DNA of 63,185 nt, counting the filler, from Octopus bimaculoides (taxonomy: Eukaryota), in the NCBI RefSeq assembly GCF_001194135.2. It is 6 parts of 5 records of this genome, joined end to end, with 100 filler letters (N's around TTAATTAATTAA, not from the genome) between each part and the next. Parts side by side here need not be neighbours in the genome. Positions count along the whole stretch, not along the records: positions 60,890 to 63,185 come from NC_068983.1; 5 more parts are not named here. One strand, written 5' to 3'. The position numbers and the translations under genes are program-made. Under the pieces are notes generated by a model that was given only the letters and a program-made list of their open reading frames with translations, searched no databases and was not told the origin of the DNA. The first letter of the stretch is position 1, and the number at the start of each line of letters is the position of its first letter. Positions 61,817 to 63,185 of the stretch are shown one piece after another.

Positions 61817-63185
61817 NNNNNNNNNNNNNNNNNNNNNNNNNNNNNNNNNNNNNNNNNNNNNNNNNNNNNNNNNNNNNNNNNNNNNNNNNNNNNNNNNNNN
61901 NNNNNNNNNNNNNNNNNNNNNNNNNNNNNNNNNNNNNNNNNNNNNNNNNNNNNNNNNNNNNNNNNNNNNNNNNNNNNNNNNNNNNNNNNNNNNNNNNNNN
62001 NNNNNNNNNNNNNNNNNNNNNNNNNNNNNNNNNNNNNNNNNNNNNNNNNNNNNNNNNNNNNNNNNNNNNNNNNNNNNNNNNNNNNNNNNNNNNNNNNNNN
62101 NNNNNNNNNNNNNNNNNNNNNNNNNNNNNNNNNNNNNNNNNNNNNNNNNNNNNNNNNNNNNNNNNNNNNNNNNNNNNNNNNNNNNNNNNNNNNNNNNNNN
62201 NNNNNNNNNNNNNNNNNNNNNNNNNNNNNNNNNNNNNNNNNNNNNNNNNNNNNNNNNNNNNNNNNNNNNNNNNNNNNNNNNNNNNNNNNNNNNNNNNNNN
62301 NNNNNNNNNNNNNNNNNNNNNNNNNNNNNNNNNNNNNNNNTATATATATAAATACATACGTGTGTGTGTGTGAGTATATGTGCGTTTGCCTGTGTGTGTA
62401 TGTGTGAATATGCTTGGGCACGTGTATGATTAAATATATACGTATATATCTGTTCGTTTGTATATAGATATATTGCGCAAAATCACATAATTGTGTTATT
62501 TTGTAGAAATATATATAAGCCTGTTTGAATGTAACTGAGGTATCTAACAATGTGTCTACTTATGCGCGTATTTCTCTGCCTACTTGCTCGCTCTAACAAT
62601 TTAACTTCTCTTTATATTCATTAAATGCTATTGTATTTGTGTTTTTTTTTTATATACAGGTATATATTAAGGTATGTATATTAAACACTCACAGTCACTC
62701 ATACATACTTACACTTATTTGTCTTCTGTGATTGCGTGCTGTCAATAATGTATGTGATTTAAAAGAAACTAACCCTGAGACGGTGTGAATAAAATACGAA
62801 AACTATAAATTTCTTGAATAAATTCGGTTTAATGCCCTACCCTAATTATAAATTCCACCCTCAAAATAATAATGCATCGCTACTCATTACATAGTTCCTG
62901 CATGAATAATTACTAGGTTAGATTACAGCTAGAGGCAATGAGGTTTTAAATTTCTCTTCCAATTGAAAAGGAAAAATATGTGTTTGTGAATAGATTTGCA
63001 AGATTGGGATCGTATATGCCTACATACATATATTCATACATGCATGCATATATGCATATGTGCGTGTGTGAGAGAGAGAGAGGGAGAGAGAAAGAGGGGA
63101 GAGTGTGAATAGGTGTAGGCATGTGTGCGAGTGTTTGCCTGTTCGGGTACACATGCAGATATATATATATATATATATATATATA

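Noticed and set aside
5951-62550. Long ORFs in the track spanning N runs or microsatellites (poly-X, YIYI, CVCV, HTHT, poly-I/M)
   Set aside because: Artefacts of gaps and simple repeats lacking stop codons.

Overview
AT-rich, microsatellite-dense, gapped (~9 kb of N) animal genomic scaffold. The SINE, MITE and microsatellite landscape suggests an octopus (coleoid cephalopod) assembly; this is inference. The only well-supported host gene is absent from the ORF track: three minus-strand exons (12364-12204, 1430-1291, 134-10) splice in frame (phases 1/0/2/1, all GT-AG) into a complete long-form C-type lectin domain with an EPN motif. The gene continues off the left edge, and its upstream exons were not found. 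The rest is intronic or intergenic DNA with tRNA-derived and RTE-tailed SINEs, mariner, hAT and piggyBac-type elements, CR1/L2 fragments, an R4/Dong-type 3' end abutting a (TAA)n tract, and an L1/Tx1-type ORF1. The most unusual items: (i) an internally deleted Helitron whose coding remnant begins with 19 tandem 69-bp units encoding a 23-aa STPR-like repeat; (ii) a near-perfect 92-bp-arm inverted repeat just upstream of the L1/Tx1 5' end; (iii) three to four dispersed minimal hammerhead-ribozyme-like motifs; (iv) a candidate 3-nt microexon in the lectin's phase-0 intron; (v) a compact X-box + TATA + Inr promoter at 57.3 kb; (vi) a CpG-depleted domain at ~40-47 kb.
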